A DNA stretch of 52,914 nucleotides from assembly GCA_035687405.1 (NCBI GenBank), contig DASRXR010000355.1, forward strand, positions 1 to 52,914, read 5' to 3'. Under the pieces are notes generated by a model. The model was not told the origin of the DNA and did not search any database. It saw only the letters and a list, made by a program, of their open reading frames with translations. Both the position numbers and the translations under genes were made by a program. Shown here one piece after another: positions 18,053 to 27,063 of the stretch (position 1 is its first letter; each line of letters starts with the position of its first letter). The stretch is from Polyangiales bacterium. Lineage in GTDB: Bacteria; Myxococcota_A; Polyangia; Polyangiales; JAFGIB01.

Positions 18053-21000
18053 ACGCAGCGGACTCTCAATCTCACATGCGTCTTCATCGAGATCGTTCGC
18101 GCGTGTCTGCCGGCAGTCGACTTCGAGCCGACCACCTCGCTGCCCGGACTCGGCGCAAGCTCGATCGACCTCGTGCGGATCGGCAGCCTCGCGAGCGAGT
18201 GGTTGGGCTGGATGCCGCCGCTCGCGGACTTCTTGCGAACGCCGACTGTAGCGGGCCTCGTACAATTGTATCTCACTCGCGACGCGCGTCCGGGTGGGCG
18301 CGGGACACTGGACATTCTCAGCGCGACAGAACGGCAGCTCTGGTTTCTCGAGCAGGCCACCCACGCAGCCGGTGCCTATAACGAGGGCGTCGCGTGGCGG
18401 ATCCGCGGCGCGCTCTCGATCGACGCGCTCGAACGTGCGCTCGTGCACGTACAGCAATGTCATCCGGCGCTCCGCAGCTACTTTCCTGCTCCGGACGGCG
18501 TCCCAGAGCGCAACCTCGACTGGCGACAGTGCGAGCTCGAGCTGATCGAGACACCGGCGGACATTCGAAGCCAACCCGAGCTACTCGATGACTACGTCGC
18601 GGATCAAATCTGCCGCCCGTTCGATCTCGAGCACGCACCACCGTTTCGCTGCGCGCTGCTGTTCCACGGAGCCGGTGATTCGACAATCGTGCTCAGCGCG
18701 CATCATCTCATATGCGACGCCTGGTCATTTGCGCACGTCGTCGTTCCGGAGTTGCGCGCGGCGTATCGGTCGCTGCTCGAGTCGCCTGAGCTGCAGCTGC
18801 CGGTCGCGAGCGTCGAGAGCGAGCTCGCCCGTCACGAGCTCGACCCAGCCGAACGAAAGCGGTCCGAGGAGCACTTCCGCCGGACGCTCCGCGAGTTGCC
18901 GCACGTGCTCGACTTTCCGTTCGACCACCCGCGACCCGCCGTGCAGCTGCATCGCGGCGCGTGTGTACACCGGCCGCTCACGGCCGCGCGCTGGAGCGCA
19001 GTGAAGGCGCTCGCGCGCGAGCTCGGGCAATCGCCGTTCGTCGTGTGCCTCGCTGCGCACGAGATCTTGCTCCAGCGGTACACGCGCAGCGATGCGTTTT
19101 GTGTCGGTGTTCCGGTCTCGCTGAGGCGCGACTCCGAGGACGCGCGAAAGGTCGGCTGTTTCGTCAATCTCAGCGTGGTTCGCGCACGGGTCGATTCGGC
19201 GCATACGTTCGACGCGCACTGCGCGCGTGTCCGAGAGGACTTGATCGACACCCTCCAGTTCGATCGACTCGCGCTCGGTGAAATCGTTCGCGCGGTTGCA
19301 CCGGTCCGATCGCTCAGCCACACGCCGCTCGTGCAAGCCGTCTTCGGTTACCGCGAGCTCGCGGGCGCAACACTGGAGCTTCCGGGTGTGATCGCCACGC
19401 CGCTCTTCGTGCACAACCGTCGCGCGAAGTTCGACCTCACGCTCTCCATCGACGACTGCGGGAACGAAGCGGAGCTTAGCCTCGAGTACGCGTCGGACTT
19501 GCTCGAACGACCCAGCGCGGAGAGTCTGCTCGATCACTTCGAAGCCCTGCTCGACGAGTTGGCACACAATCCGCGTGTGCGGATCGGATCGCTTCAGCTA
19601 GCGAATCGTCGCGAGCAAAAACAAATCGCGAGCTACGAGCACGGCCCGGTTCGCACAGTGCCGCCGAGCGAGCTGGGCCTAGCCACGCTGGCACGCTCCC
19701 CCGATGACGTGATCGTTCTGCGCACAAGCTCGCGCGAGTGGAGTGCCGCAGCGCTTCGCCAGTTGACGTCACGGATCGCCACCGCGCTTCAGTGCGCGGA
19801 CGTTCGACCGGGCGAGCTCGTCGTCGTCTGCGCACCGCGAAGTGCAGAATGGGTGGCAGCTGTGCTCGCGATCCTGGAGGTCGGAGCCGCGTACGTCCCG
19901 CTCGATCCGCGACAGCCTGACGCGCGCATTGCGCACGGCATCGCCCGCTCGGGTGCGCGGCTCGTGATCACCCTCGATGCTGCGTTCGTGCCCGCGCCTG
20001 ACTCCACGCTGCGGACTCTGGAGCTGCGAGGGCTCGCGAGCTCGACGCCAGTGCAAACGCGCGCGATCCCGCCTGCCGATCCGCACCATCCGGTCTACGC
20101 GATCCTCACTTCCGGTTCGACCGGCGCGCCTCGCCTCGCTGCGGTCGCGCACGCGGGTTTTTCGAACCTCTTGTCGTTCTACTCGCAGCTGCTGTCGCTC
20201 ACAGCGGCGGACCGCGTCCTGCTTGCGACCTCGGTCGGCTTCGACCTCACGCAAAAGAATGTATTCGCTGCGCTACTCGCGGGCGCCCAGCTCGTCATCG
20301 ACGACTCGGACTCCTTCGACCCCGAGCGACTCGCGGAGCTGATCGAGCAGCGCGGTATCACCGTGATCAACTGCACCCCCACACTCGCGTATGCACTCGT
20401 CGCAAGCGCAGCCGCACTCGACTTCCGCAAGCTTCGCTCGGTGCGTGTGCTCGTCCTCGGCGGCGAACCCATCGACGAGAAACAGCTGCGCGCCTGGACG
20501 GCGCACCCGAGTTGCTCTGCGCGCATTCTGAACTCCTACGGCCCGACGGAGTGCAGCGACGTGGTCGCGACCAGCGAAGTGCAGGCCGGCGTTCCGTGTG
20601 GCACGAACCTCGGACGCCCAATTCCCAACGCGCGCTGTCGCGTCGTCGACTGCTCAGGTGCAGTCGCAGGCATCGGCGTTCCGGGAGAACTGTGTCTCGC
20701 CGGCACGCCGCTCGGCCTCGGATACGTCGGCGATCCCGCGGCCACGGGGACGAAGTTCGTTCGCGAGCACGGGACTCGCTTCTACCGTACGGGCGACCTG
20801 GTTCGCTGGAATCACGCCGGCGAGCTGCAGTTCCTCGGTCGGCTCGACGCCCAAGTGAAGATTCGTGGCTACCGCATCGAGCTCGCTGAGATCGAAGCGG
20901 CGCTCGAACTGCGACCTGAGGTCAGCGACGCAGTCGTGATCAGTCGGCCCGATCCGCGCGGTCAGCCGATGCTCGTCGGCTACGTCGTGCTCACAGCTTC

Positions 21001-21484
21001 AGTCGAGGGCGCCGATCGCGCACTCGAACGCTTGCTGCGTCGCGACCTCGCGCGGAACCTCCCGAGCTACATGATCCCGCGGGCGATCGTGACGATCGAT
21101 CGCCTGCCTCGCACCGCCAGCGGCAAGCTCGATCGGAACGCGCTGCTCGGACGCGCTTGGAATCCTGAACCGCCGAGCCTTCAGGATCGCGAACCGAGCG
21201 ATCCGATCCTCTCGCGCGTTCGCGCGGCATTTTGTGACGTGCTCGGTGTGGCCGGGATTGCGAGCGATGCGGACTTCTTCGAGCACGGAGGCCATTCGCT
21301 TGCGGCGGTCGCCCTCGTCGCGCAGCTCGAAGACGAGCTCGGCTTGCGCCTGCGTCCGGCCGCCGTCTTCGAGCGGCCGGTCCTTCGCGATTTCGCGTCG
21401 CATTTAGCGGAGTTACTCGATCAGGGACCGGACAGCGACGGCCACGCGATCAGCGCACCCCGGACTACGTTGAACGCGATCTGA
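17267..21484 (+). CDS. Hybrid PKS/NRPS protein: DH-like domain (without its N-terminal HPLL segment) - carrier - C - A - PCP; no TE/R domain
   Basis: Track ORF of 1405 aa. Motifs are given in the domain features below. Confidence 0.9.
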   Translation: MAHAFELSAEIVESLSSPRFDCQTELGWGGLLEWSIAVRRVTSNENAESDAAYPIRLGRVTWHAAEPTAGEPLYCRTQPGGPLLVTTGPRSGGRLLLSATSAEAEPVARLPSVAFPIGELGQRVGEGQFYAELTARGFEIETNARVVEYACFRQDAAVAVLAAPSNLEAGFILGPSALDAALYVAFAYAQRAIGEASEPPRSGPLPAIEDVVVVASGVPRTIIVRARPRTTRTQLDVSLLDVHGMELAKLEGVTFESRAAEATQRTLNLTCVFIEIVRACLPAVDFEPTTSLPGLGASSIDLVRIGSLASEWLGWMPPLADFLRTPTVAGLVQLYLTRDARPGGRGTLDILSATERQLWFLEQATHAAGAYNEGVAWRIRGALSIDALERALVHVQQCHPALRSYFPAPDGVPERNLDWRQCELELIETPADIRSQPELLDDYVADQICRPFDLEHAPPFRCALLFHGAGDSTIVLSAHHLICDAWSFAHVVVPELRAAYRSLLESPELQLPVASVESELARHELDPAERKRSEEHFRRTLRELPHVLDFPFDHPRPAVQLHRGACVHRPLTAARWSAVKALARELGQSPFVVCLAAHEILLQRYTRSDAFCVGVPVSLRRDSEDARKVGCFVNLSVVRARVDSAHTFDAHCARVREDLIDTLQFDRLALGEIVRAVAPVRSLSHTPLVQAVFGYRELAGATLELPGVIATPLFVHNRRAKFDLTLSIDDCGNEAELSLEYASDLLERPSAESLLDHFEALLDELAHNPRVRIGSLQLANRREQKQIASYEHGPVRTVPPSELGLATLARSPDDVIVLRTSSREWSAAALRQLTSRIATALQCADVRPGELVVVCAPRSAEWVAAVLAILEVGAAYVPLDPRQPDARIAHGIARSGARLVITLDAAFVPAPDSTLRTLELRGLASSTPVQTRAIPPADPHHPVYAILTSGSTGAPRLAAVAHAGFSNLLSFYSQLLSLTAADRVLLATSVGFDLTQKNVFAALLAGAQLVIDDSDSFDPERLAELIEQRGITVINCTPTLAYALVASAAALDFRKLRSVRVLVLGGEPIDEKQLRAWTAHPSCSARILNSYGPTECSDVVATSEVQAGVPCGTNLGRPIPNARCRVVDCSGAVAGIGVPGELCLAGTPLGLGYVGDPAATGTKFVREHGTRFYRTGDLVRWNHAGELQFLGRLDAQVKIRGYRIELAEIEAALELRPEVSDAVVISRPDPRGQPMLVGYVVLTASVEGADRALERLLRRDLARNLPSYMIPRAIVTIDRLPRTASGKLDRNALLGRAWNPEPPSLQDREPSDPILSRVRAAFCDVLGVAGIASDADFFEHGGHSLAAVALVAQLEDELGLRLRPAAVFERPVLRDFASHLAELLDQGPDSDGHAISAPRTTLNAI
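18074..18271 (+). other. Carrier protein domain (ACP2/T)
   Basis: LPGLGASSIDLVRIGSLASEWL. The candidate phosphopantetheine Ser codon is at about 18161-18163 (residue 299). Confidence 0.7.
18314..19600 (+). other. NRPS condensation domain
   Basis: LSATERQLWFLEQ, AYNEGVAWRIRGALSIDALERAL, and SAHHLICDAWSF, which is the HHxxxD motif at 18701-18718. Confidence 0.85.
19640..21140 (+). other. NRPS adenylation domain (substrate not assigned)
   Basis: LEVGAAYVPLDP, YAILTSGSTGAPRLA (an A3 variant with PRL instead of PKG), FDLTQKNVF, NSYGPTE, GELCLAGTPLGLGY, YRTGDLVRW, GRLDAQVKIRGYRIELAEIE and LPRTASGKLDR. Confidence 0.88.
21205..21405 (+). other. Peptidyl carrier protein domain (terminal)
   Basis: DADFFEHGGHSLAAVALVAQLEDELG. 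The protein stops about 25 aa later with no thioesterase, reductase or terminal C domain. Confidence 0.85.
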
Positions 21485-21729
21485 ATCTCCTGCCGCCACC
21501 AGCTGCAGTCGTTGATCGCTTTCGGCGCCCGCCTGTCCGAAAAAGCTGCTTTCAACTCGACAGAACGGCCATGGCGGGTGAGCACGCTGCGTTCGTATGC
21601 TTTTTTGGCCCCGTATTCACGGGCGTTTTCGCGGGCTTGATTGTTTCGTCTACTAGCGACCGATGCACCGCGTGCTAGCGTGCGCAAGATCCTCACGCGC
21701 GATTGCGCGCGGAGAAACAGGCGTTATCC

Positions 21730-22932
21730 ATGACGAAGCTTGAACGATGTTTGTGTGGCTGCTTGTTGATGGCCGCCGTCAGCGGCTGCGGTGCGGACCA
21801 GGACACTAGCGGCCGTACTGGAGCTACAGGCGGTCCGAGAGGCGGCTTCGGCACGGCGGGCGGTAGCAGCCCATCGAAGCCCGGCTCGTTTGGAGACGGC
21901 GTCGCGGGAGGTCTAGGCCTCGCTCCGATCACGCCTTCCGACATGCGGCCATCGACGATCTCCGATCCGAACACCTGTGCGGCGGCTTCGGTGCGCGCGT
22001 CGCGCGTCACGCCCACCGTCTACTTGGTGGTCGATGGCAGCGGGAGCATGAACGCCGTCTTCGGCGGCATGGGCACGCGCTGGCAGGTATTGCGTGAAGC
22101 CCTCGTCGGCACGAACGGAGTCGTTCCGAAGCTCGAGAGCGTCGTGAACTTCGGCATGACGATCTACAGCAACAACGACCCGATGATGTGCCCGGCAGTC
22201 AAAGAGGTTAAGCCCGCGCTGAAGAACTATCAGGCGATCATGGCTGGCTATCCGGCGATGGAAACCGGTGGCGGCACTCCGACCGGCGAAGCGCTGCAGA
22301 AGGTCGTGGACTCGCTGCCAGACTTCAACACCGTCGCGCCCGACCAGGTCGTGAATGCGCCGCCGATCATCGTGCTCGCTACCGACGGTGAGCCGAACGG
22401 CTGCGCGGCCGGTGTCATTTGCAACTGGGTCGACTGGGCCAACTGCTTGGGCCAGCTCCTCGGTTCGCTCGCGAACGCAGCGCCGACGTACGACTCCACG
22501 CTGGCAGCAGTGCGCGCCGCGAAGGCCAAGGGCATCGCGGTGTGGGTCGTCAGCCTTGCGGATGGTCTGAACGCGATTCCGGATCTGCAGAAGACCGCGA
22601 ACATCGGTGCGGGTCTCGCCGACAACGCGAGTCCGGGTGCGATGATTTACTCGCCGAAAAACCCCGACGAGCTGACTGGCACGCTCACCAAGCTGATCGG
22701 CGATGTCGTCTCGTGCGACGTCTCGCTCGAAGGCTCACTCGTCGTGGCGCGCGCCTGCGAAGGCACGGTCACGATGAACGGCGTTCCGCTCAACTGCAAC
22801 AACGATGAAGGTTGGAAGCCCGTCGACGAGAAGCACATCCAGCTTCAAGGCAGTGCTTGCACGAAGTTCAAGTCGGATCCGTCGATCGTCTTGGACGCGA
22901 GCTTCCCGTGCGACGTCGTCGCGCCGCAGTGA
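21730..22932 (+). CDS. Secreted von Willebrand factor A (vWA) domain lipoprotein with a Cys-rich C-terminal region
   Basis: I prefer the ATG at 21730, giving MTKLERCLCGCLLMAAVSGC with lipobox AVSGC. The MIDAS motif is VYLVVDGSGSM, with GGGTPTGEAL and LATDGEPNGC. The C-terminal ~90 aa contain several Cys (CDVSLEG...ACEG...LNCNNDEGW...SACTKF...FPCD). Confidence 0.8.
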   Translation: MTKLERCLCGCLLMAAVSGCGADQDTSGRTGATGGPRGGFGTAGGSSPSKPGSFGDGVAGGLGLAPITPSDMRPSTISDPNTCAAASVRASRVTPTVYLVVDGSGSMNAVFGGMGTRWQVLREALVGTNGVVPKLESVVNFGMTIYSNNDPMMCPAVKEVKPALKNYQAIMAGYPAMETGGGTPTGEALQKVVDSLPDFNTVAPDQVVNAPPIIVLATDGEPNGCAAGVICNWVDWANCLGQLLGSLANAAPTYDSTLAAVRAAKAKGIAVWVVSLADGLNAIPDLQKTANIGAGLADNASPGAMIYSPKNPDELTGTLTKLIGDVVSCDVSLEGSLVVARACEGTVTMNGVPLNCNNDEGWKPVDEKHIQLQGSACTKFKSDPSIVLDASFPCDVVAPQ

Positions 22933-22935
22933 CGG

Positions 22936-25900
22936 TCACGCGCGCTCGCTGAACCCGGGCACGTACATTCCAACCCAACGCTCGGGGTCTACGACCCCTT
23001 GCGATGCGAGCGTCTTCACGGCTTCCGCCGCGGTTTGCCGCGAGGTGGGAGCCGTATCGACCGGCCCCAGACAGGACTGCGCGTACAAGGCGAACATCTC
23101 GTAGCCGTTGGCGCGCGCGATCGCGAGTGCGGCCGTGAGCTCGACCACCGCCCTCGCGTTTTGCTCTTCGCAACGGGCGATGCCTGCCGCTACCAGATGC
23201 ATGTACATCTGCGCATCCGGTCGCGGAAGTTTGTGCAATGCCGCGCAGGCGCCGCGGGCATCGCGTAAGCGTTCGGTCGAACCCGTGTCGAGATACGCCC
23301 AGATCGCCGTGCGGCCGTAGAGATACTGCGCGTTCGTGTAATACAGCTGGGCGCGGTAAAACAGCGTGTGCTCGAAGGCGGGCCACTGCGAGAGCAGGTG
23401 CTCCCAGGCGTGCGCGCCCTCGCGGCGATAGTTGTAGGCGTCGACGGCGCGCGACATCACCCACAAGTGGAAAGTCGAGAAGCTCTTGCCGAGGTGCGTA
23501 CGTTCCTCCGCGAGCGCGCGCAACGCACCATCGCTGTCGCCGCGCATCAGCTGCGCCATGTGCGCGTGGACGCCCAAAAACGCGCGCGAAAAACCGTCGT
23601 CACGCTCGTTCGCTTCGCGGGCCCTGTCGTAGGCTTCATCCGCGAGCTCTCGCAGGCTTCCGACGAGCTCCACGCAGGCGTAGCGCAGCGACATCACGAC
23701 GCTGCGCTCCCAGTAGGTTCCGGGGCAATGTTCGCGAAGCAAGCGCTCTGCGTCGCGCGCGAGCGGGTAGGCCTCGCGAAATCGGGCGAGCCCGACGTAA
23801 CACGCAGCGCGCGTGAGCTTGACCGTTGCGAGCGCTTGATTCGTTCCGAGTTGACTCGCGAGATCCTCGCTCCGACGCAGGAACCATTCGACACGCGCTT
23901 GCGCTTTGATGCCTTGGCCGAGCGCGAGGTGCACCGCTTCCCACGCCATTCCCTCGAGGATGCGGCTCGGGTCCGCCGCCTTGAGCGCAGTCCGCAGGAA
24001 TTGCGTGTGGAGAAAACTCCCGCGCACCATGTCGATCGCGCTCACCTCGCGAAACGCCGCCGCGAGCGTCTCGAGCTGCTGCGCTTGCTCGGGAGAGATC
24101 ACTGGGTCGTTCGCAGGTGCGACCGCAAAGGTCGAGAAGCGCAGCATGCTCTTGTTCCAGAGCAGCTTCGCCAGAACTCGTGCATCGGACGAAAAACCTC
24201 CGACCCCGACTTCCGCAAGCAGCTGTTCGAGCAAGCGCGTGCCTTCTTCGATTCGGCCGCTTCGCAGGAGTTGCTGCGCTGCCTTCCGGCGCAACGTACT
24301 GGCTTGCCAAGCGCTGCTCGCAGCTGCAGCGAGCAGGTAGGCCTCGGCGGCCTGGCCTCCACGTCCCGAGTTCGACAACGCATCGCCGAGCTCTTCGTAC
24401 AGCTCGCGCCGTCGCGATGCGTCTTCGGGGTGGATTAGCTCGATCGCTTTGCGGAACAAGTCGGATGCGCGATTGAACGCCAGCTTGTTCGCGGCCGAGC
24501 GCGCCGCTTGCAGGGCGGTTTCACCGGCGCGCCCGCCGTCGCCCGCTTCCGCGTAGTGCACCACCAACTGCTCCGGCTCGCCGACGCCCCAAATTTCGAT
24601 CGCACGTGCGACGCGCGAATGGATCTCGCGAATGCGCGCTGCGCTCAAGCCGGCAGTCACGGCTTCGCGCACTCGATCGTGGTACGTCTCGGCGTGATCG
24701 GTCTGACGCGTGCCGCGCGTTCGAATCAGGCGCGCCGCGCGCAAGGTCAGGAGCGCTTCGCGGTCGCCCGACGGAATGTTCGCCGCTTCGAGCGCGACGC
24801 CTTGTTCGAGCGGCCGCGCCGTCACGCTGAGCACCTCGAGCAGTCGTTGCGCCGGCTCCGACAGATCGCTCACCCGCGCCGCGATCACTCCGTCGAGCGA
24901 GACCGGCCCGAGCGGCGCCGTCGGCTTCGATGCGCGTCCTTTCACGTGCTGCGCGAGCTCGCCGATGAAAAACGGCACGCCTTCACTCTCGAACGAGATC
25001 GCACTCGCGAGATCGGTGTTGCCGTGTTTCTGATCACGAAGCAGCTCTCGCGCCAGGTGCGCAGCTTCATCCGTCGAGAGCGGGTCCACCGCCAGCTCGC
25101 GCGCATTTGGAATGCCGCCTTCAATCGGCCCGGTCTGAAGCACCGTGCGTAGAAACGCACTGGTCTCGGCCTCGTCGCGCCGGTAGACCGCGATGAACAG
25201 GATCGGTGGCGGATCGGGCGGGCCGAGCAAGTGCGCGAGCAAGCGCGCGCTGTCCATGTCACCCCACTGCAAGTCGTCGATCGTGACGACGAGTGGCTGC
25301 CAATCGGACAACCGCGCGAGCATGTCTTTCAACGCGCCGAACGCTTGCAACCGAATCTCGTGTGGATCGGTCGTAGGGTGGAGCGGCACTCGTGCGTGAG
25401 CGACCGCGCGCACGCGCCGCAGCACGGGAAACAGGTGTGCGAGCGCGTGAATGCTCCGCGGCAAGAGCTCCGACGCTTCTTCCGTCGGCAAGCGCATCAT
25501 GTGCCGGCTCAGCGCATCGACGATGTCGTCGAACGCTTTGTACGGCACGCTCTCGCGCTCGTAGCAGCGCCCGCGCAACACGACCGCTTCCTGGTTCTTG
25601 ATCAGTTCGTTCGCGAAGCAGCGTACGAGCGCAGACTTGCCCATGCCGGAATGGCCGTGCACGAACACGGTCGCCGGCTTGCCCTCTTTCACGGCTTCGA
25701 AGGCTTGTCGCAGCTGGGCGAGGTGCGGCTCGCGTCCAATGAACAGCTCACCGACGCCTTGTGTCGACGACTTGTGATACGGCACCGGCGCCGGCGGTAG
25801 CGACGACGTCAAAAGGATTCGTTGCAGGTCTGCGGTGGTCGGCCGCTCTTCGGGCTTGCGCCGCAAGAGCGCGCAGCACAGGTCGTTCAGGTCGGCCGGC

Positions 25901-26754
25901 ACGCCGCGTACGACATCCGAAGGCGGCGCAGGCTCGAACTCGTCCTTCCGCTTCAAGATCTCGAGGACCGTGCCCTCGAACGGAAGCTGCCCCGTCAGCG
26001 CTTCGTACAGCATGCAGCCGACGCTGTACCAATCGCTGGCGGTCGAGACCGGCTCTCCCGTCGCTTGCTCCGGAGACATATACGCCGGCGTCCCGAACAC
26101 TGCGCCGCCGATCGTGCGCTCCGAAGCTTCGTCGCTCGCTTCCACGAAGGTCGTGCTGCTCACGAGGCCGAAGTCCAACACGACGACGCGGCCGGTCTTC
26201 GTGACGAGCACGTTCGAAGGTTTGATGTCGCGGTGCAACTTGCCCGCTTCGTGGATCGCCGTGACTGCAGCCACCAGCTGCCGAAAGGCCGCCCGCAAGC
26301 GATTGATGTCGCAGGCGATGCGCTCGAGCGGGAACTCGCTGCCGATGCCGTGCTGACTCAGCGTGACCGATGTGTCGCGCACGATGCGAGCGCGGCCCGC
26401 GAGTGTGGTCTGAAGCGCGCGATCCGGCACACGTTGAGAAGCTCCGTTGTGAGCCACGTACGCGTCGAATGTCTCGCCGATGACGAGCTCCATCGTGAAG
26501 AACCACAGGTCGTTCTCACAGCAGAGCTCGTGCAACGAGACGAGATTTGGGTGACTCAGGTCGGCGAGCTGACGAAACTCGTTCTTCAGCCGGTAGATAT
26601 TGAGCGCGTCGATCGTGTTCAACGCCTTGAGCGCGACGCGGGTGTTCCGCTCGAGATCGAGAACTTGATACACCGCCCCCATGCCACCGTGGCCGAGCTC
26701 GCGCTCTACGACGTAGCGTCGCGCTCCTGCCAGTGAGTTGACTAGGGTTTGCAC
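22936..26754 (-). CDS. Ser/Thr protein kinase fused to a STAND/AAA_16-type ATPase and a TPR-like helical repeat region
   Basis: GTG start. The kinase motifs are LGHGGMGAVYQV, VALKAL, HRDIKPSNVLV, DFGL and MSPEQ. The Walker A is FVHGHSGMGKSALV and the Walker B-like segment is LVVTIDDLQWGD. About 650 aa of Ala/Leu-rich helical repeats follow. Confidence 0.9.
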   Translation of the reverse strand: MQTLVNSLAGARRYVVERELGHGGMGAVYQVLDLERNTRVALKALNTIDALNIYRLKNEFRQLADLSHPNLVSLHELCCENDLWFFTMELVIGETFDAYVAHNGASQRVPDRALQTTLAGRARIVRDTSVTLSQHGIGSEFPLERIACDINRLRAAFRQLVAAVTAIHEAGKLHRDIKPSNVLVTKTGRVVVLDFGLVSSTTFVEASDEASERTIGGAVFGTPAYMSPEQATGEPVSTASDWYSVGCMLYEALTGQLPFEGTVLEILKRKDEFEPAPPSDVVRGVPADLNDLCCALLRRKPEERPTTADLQRILLTSSLPPAPVPYHKSSTQGVGELFIGREPHLAQLRQAFEAVKEGKPATVFVHGHSGMGKSALVRCFANELIKNQEAVVLRGRCYERESVPYKAFDDIVDALSRHMMRLPTEEASELLPRSIHALAHLFPVLRRVRAVAHARVPLHPTTDPHEIRLQAFGALKDMLARLSDWQPLVVTIDDLQWGDMDSARLLAHLLGPPDPPPILFIAVYRRDEAETSAFLRTVLQTGPIEGGIPNARELAVDPLSTDEAAHLARELLRDQKHGNTDLASAISFESEGVPFFIGELAQHVKGRASKPTAPLGPVSLDGVIAARVSDLSEPAQRLLEVLSVTARPLEQGVALEAANIPSGDREALLTLRAARLIRTRGTRQTDHAETYHDRVREAVTAGLSAARIREIHSRVARAIEIWGVGEPEQLVVHYAEAGDGGRAGETALQAARSAANKLAFNRASDLFRKAIELIHPEDASRRRELYEELGDALSNSGRGGQAAEAYLLAAAASSAWQASTLRRKAAQQLLRSGRIEEGTRLLEQLLAEVGVGGFSSDARVLAKLLWNKSMLRFSTFAVAPANDPVISPEQAQQLETLAAAFREVSAIDMVRGSFLHTQFLRTALKAADPSRILEGMAWEAVHLALGQGIKAQARVEWFLRRSEDLASQLGTNQALATVKLTRAACYVGLARFREAYPLARDAERLLREHCPGTYWERSVVMSLRYACVELVGSLRELADEAYDRAREANERDDGFSRAFLGVHAHMAQLMRGDSDGALRALAEERTHLGKSFSTFHLWVMSRAVDAYNYRREGAHAWEHLLSQWPAFEHTLFYRAQLYYTNAQYLYGRTAIWAYLDTGSTERLRDARGACAALHKLPRPDAQMYMHLVAAGIARCEEQNARAVVELTAALAIARANGYEMFALYAQSCLGPVDTAPTSRQTAAEAVKTLASQGVVDPERWVGMYVPGFSERA

Positions 26755-26841
26755 CGCCGACTCCAGCTAGGGACTGGCCATTTTCAATGGGGTCGGTGCT
26801 TGCCGTCAATATCGATCATACGGCTTTTTTCCAGTTTTATT

Positions 26842-26863
26842 GCCGCCCCCAAGCGGGGGCGGC
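26842..26863. other. GC hairpin: 9-bp perfect stem GCCGCCCCC / GGGGGCGGC with loop AAGC
   Basis: Read directly from the sequence. It is preceded on the plus strand by a T-rich stretch (CTTTTTTCCAGTTTTATT). It lies in a divergent intergenic region, so it is not positioned as a terminator of either flanking gene. Confidence 0.35.
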
Positions 26864-27063
26864 CGCAGGGCGGTCCTGGCGGCGGGAGAAACACAACGGA
26901 CCCGTACGACTATCCTCGACAGATTCGGTTAGTATGCGCGCAACACTCCAGATTTCCCCACAATTTCACCGCACGATCCGCGACCAATCTGCCTCACTCT
27001 AAGTCGCGCAAAGATCGGGTACGCTGCTTTAGAACGTATCCTGTCGGTGACGAAGCGCGACGC

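Noticed and set aside
26749-27063. The N-terminal extension of the 620-aa ORF (start at 26749).
   Set aside because: It would overlap the divergent kinase start and run through the intergenic hairpin. The recognisable domain begins right after the ATG at 27064.
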